NCBI GenBank assembly: GCA_964591285.1
Contig: CAZQAS010000016.1
Location: 1 to 37,898, forward strand
DNA length: 37,898 nucleotides
Reading direction: 5' to 3'
Source of the DNA: an uncultured Rhodothermales bacterium
GTDB taxonomy: Bacteria; Bacteroidota; Rhodothermia; Rhodothermales; VXPQ01
Every line of letters begins with the position of its first letter. The stretch's first letter is position 1. The notes beneath the pieces are model-generated. The model had not been told where the DNA came from. It saw nothing but the letters and a program-made list of their open reading frames with translations, and did no database searches. Shown here in pieces: positions 35,926-37,898 of this stretch. The position numbers and the translations under genes were made by a program.

Positions 35926-37898
35926 CTATTCGGACGATGCCGCATCAGCTTCGGCCTCCGTTTCGAAGAGGCGGCCGCTCGTGGCCTCCTCGACGAGGCG
36001 ATCGGCGTCGTAGACGTCGCCCAGCGTCTCGAGAATGCCGCGCGCGTCGACCGAGATGCTGCGCGATCGATCCGTCATATAGATAAAGTCGCCCGAGAGG
36101 CTCTCGATGTTGCCGTCGAAGAGAACGCCCACGAACTGGAGGTCCGTATTCAGCACGGGCGATCCCGAGTTGCCGCCTATGGTGTCGTTCGTCGAGACGA
36201 AGTTAATCGGTGTCTCCATATCAAGGCCCGGCGGCGGTGGCAGCCAGCTCTCCGGTAGGTCCCAGGCGGTTCCCGCTCCGTAGGAATAGTAGTGGTCGTA
36301 GACGCCGTAGATCGTCGTATAGGGCGGCGCGATCGTGCCGTTGTAGGGGTAGCCCTGCACGACGCCGTCGGCAATGCGGAGCGAGAAGGTCGCGTCCGGC
36401 GGCACGTCTGTGCCGTAAACGGCATAGCGCGCGAGGCCGAGCTGCTGCGAGACCTCCGCCTCCTGCGCGGTGAGGCCCGCCATCGCGCTGCGGTAGTCGG
36501 CGTAGCGCTGCTGCATGGCCGTGGCGACCTCTACGGCGGGATCGGTCTCCTCGATAGTCCCCTGCTCGAGCGCCTCCTGGGCGTCGGCCCCGGTGGTTAG
36601 CTGCGAGTTCTCGACGACGAACTCGGCGGCTAGCTCTGGCGAGCGGCCGTCGAGCACATTCCGAACGATCGCACTCTCCTCACCGAAATTCTCGATGAAG
36701 GACTCGAAGCGCTGCGCGAGGTACGCCTCCTGCAGCGCCGGCGGCTGATCCTCCACGGCGGCGAGCTCCTCGAGCACGCGCTGCACCATCGCCTGGTCTC
36801 CCGCCCCGGCACTTTCTCGCAGGTAGCGCTCCACGATCATCGCGCGGCGCAGGACGGCCGCCCCGAGCGACGACTGCGGTGCGAGCGAGAGGAAAGATCG
36901 AAATTCGGTGGCGTACTCCTCTTTCTGCTCCTGGATTTCTCGCATCTCCTCGACGAGCCCGCCGTACTGCCCGCTCAGCTGCGGATCGTCTTCGAGTGCC
37001 TCGAGGAACTGACGCTCAGCGTCCTGGCGCCGGGCGAAGATGACCGGATCGTTGAGCGCCTCCACCCGACCCCGGTAGAGCTTCTGCGCATTCTCGAGGC
37101 TGAAGATCTCATTGCGCAGCGCATCGCGCTGCTCGTCCGGCGCACCGGCGGACTGCGCGTCCTCGAGCTGCTCCTGCAGTGCCTCGAGCCGGCTTTCGAT
37201 CAGATCGAGCGCGGCCGGCTCCTCGACGTCGCGCCGATAGGCGAGCTCGCCGACGGTGGAGAGCCGAAAGGTCGAGCCCGGATTGCCGACGGCGAAGACG
37301 GCATCGCCCGCCTCGACGCCCTCACTGCTCATCGGGAAGTAGTGCTCCACGCTGAGCGGCTCATTGTTGTCGTAGACGCGAAAGAGCGCAACGTCCAGCG
37401 TGTAGCGCGGATAGGTGAAATTGTCGGGATCGCCGCCGAAGAAACCGACCTCGAGCTCCGGGATCATCACGAGCCGCAGGTCGGTGTAGCGCCGGAAGAT
37501 GTAGGCCGAGTAGAGCGCGCCGGAATAGAGCGAGATCACCTCGACGAAGTGCCCGTCGCCCTGCTGCTGCTGGAGGCGCTCCTCGACGGCCTCGACGGCA
37601 TCCTGCCGCGCCTGCATCCGCTCCGCGTCCGTCTCCGCGGCGCCGGCCGCCGCCGCGATCTCGTCGGTCACGTCGCGGATCTCGATGAGCTGATCGGCCC
37701 ACATGCGCGGCACGTGCCGCTCGTCGCCGACGGATTCGGCGTAGAAGCCCTCATCGAGGATCTCCTCCCCTTCGCGGCTGACGCTGGTGGCGTGCGAGCG
37801 CCCGCAGTGATGGTTCGTGAGCACGAGCCCGTTCGGCGAGACGAACGACGCCGTGCATCCCGGAATGCGGAGCGCACCGAGGCGGGCCCACTCGAACC
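35926..37898 (-). CDS. second S46-family dipeptidyl-peptidase paralog, N-terminus beyond the right edge of the window
   Basis: Hand translation to the window edge gives FEWARLGALRIPGCTASFVSPNGLVLTNHHCGRSH. The C-terminal block is VSTNDTIGGNSGSPVLN. The tracked start at 37824 is an internal GTG. The gene lies 20 nt upstream of the first paralog. Confidence 0.85.
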   Translation of the reverse strand, partial: FEWARLGALRIPGCTASFVSPNGLVLTNHHCGRSHATSVSREGEEILDEGFYAESVGDERHVPRMWADQLIEIRDVTDEIAAAAGAAETDAERMQARQDAVEAVEERLQQQQGDGHFVEVISLYSGALYSAYIFRRYTDLRLVMIPELEVGFFGGDPDNFTYPRYTLDVALFRVYDNNEPLSVEHYFPMSSEGVEAGDAVFAVGNPGSTFRLSTVGELAYRRDVEEPAALDLIESRLEALQEQLEDAQSAGAPDEQRDALRNEIFSLENAQKLYRGRVEALNDPVIFARRQDAERQFLEALEDDPQLSGQYGGLVEEMREIQEQKEEYATEFRSFLSLAPQSSLGAAVLRRAMIVERYLRESAGAGDQAMVQRVLEELAAVEDQPPALQEAYLAQRFESFIENFGEESAIVRNVLDGRSPELAAEFVVENSQLTTGADAQEALEQGTIEETDPAVEVATAMQQRYADYRSAMAGLTAQEAEVSQQLGLARYAVYGTDVPPDATFSLRIADGVVQGYPYNGTIAPPYTTIYGVYDHYYSYGAGTAWDLPESWLPPPPGLDMETPINFVSTNDTIGGNSGSPVLNTDLQFVGVLFDGNIESLSGDFIYMTDRSRSISVDARGILETLGDVYDADRLVEEATSGRLFETEAEADAASSE

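Overview
Dense, high-GC (by eye about 63-66%) bacterial chromosomal window. I call about 30 protein-coding genes. I found no rRNA or tRNA genes, no CRISPR array, and no transposase, integrase or phage genes. The gene content and the acidic proteins suggest a Bacteroidota/Rhodothermota-like, possibly halophilic lineage. The relevant markers are tandem S46 dipeptidyl-peptidases, Tat-exported Gfo/Idh/MocA plus TIM-barrel isomerase pairs, and Omp85/TorF-type outer-membrane proteins. This lineage call is inference only. Recognisable housekeeping genes are ilvB-ilvN-ilvC (ilvC truncated at the left edge), fbp, a NifS/IscS-like cysteine desulfurase, murA, purD and mutS. The most interesting content is as follows. 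(1) A compact same-strand cassette at 17.7-20.6 kb encodes three signal-peptide-less proteins: a class-A beta-lactamase-fold serine hydrolase, an M15/LAS zinc-peptidase-like protein with a variant metal motif, and a glutamine-synthetase-fold (GCS2/PafA-Dop-like) carboxylate-amine ligase. It is preceded by triple direct repeats. I do not recognise this combination as a described pathway, and it is my best candidate for an undescribed system. (2) Long inverted arrays of the heptamer GGTCRGA/TCYGACC fill both intergenic spacers of the ilvBNC operon. (3) A gene-free leader of nearly 1 kb lies upstream of ilvB. It contains a 54-codon ORF, below the cutoff of the supplied ORF track, that ends in TLLLLISLILITG. 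The ORF uses locally rare CTT/ATT codons and sits inside mutually exclusive RNA helices, which makes it a candidate Leu/Ile attenuator. (4) A four-gene envelope cluster encodes an Omp85-like barrel, an MprF-type flippase-like membrane protein, a CE4 deacetylase and a QxxRW GT2. It resembles NodBC/Pga/HexSDF logic. (5) An AACGTTC heptamer array lies in the mutS promoter region. (6) A 1168-aa orphan outer-membrane protein is followed by a small membrane partner. Many long ORFs in the supplied track are antisense shadows typical of high-GC DNA and were rejected.
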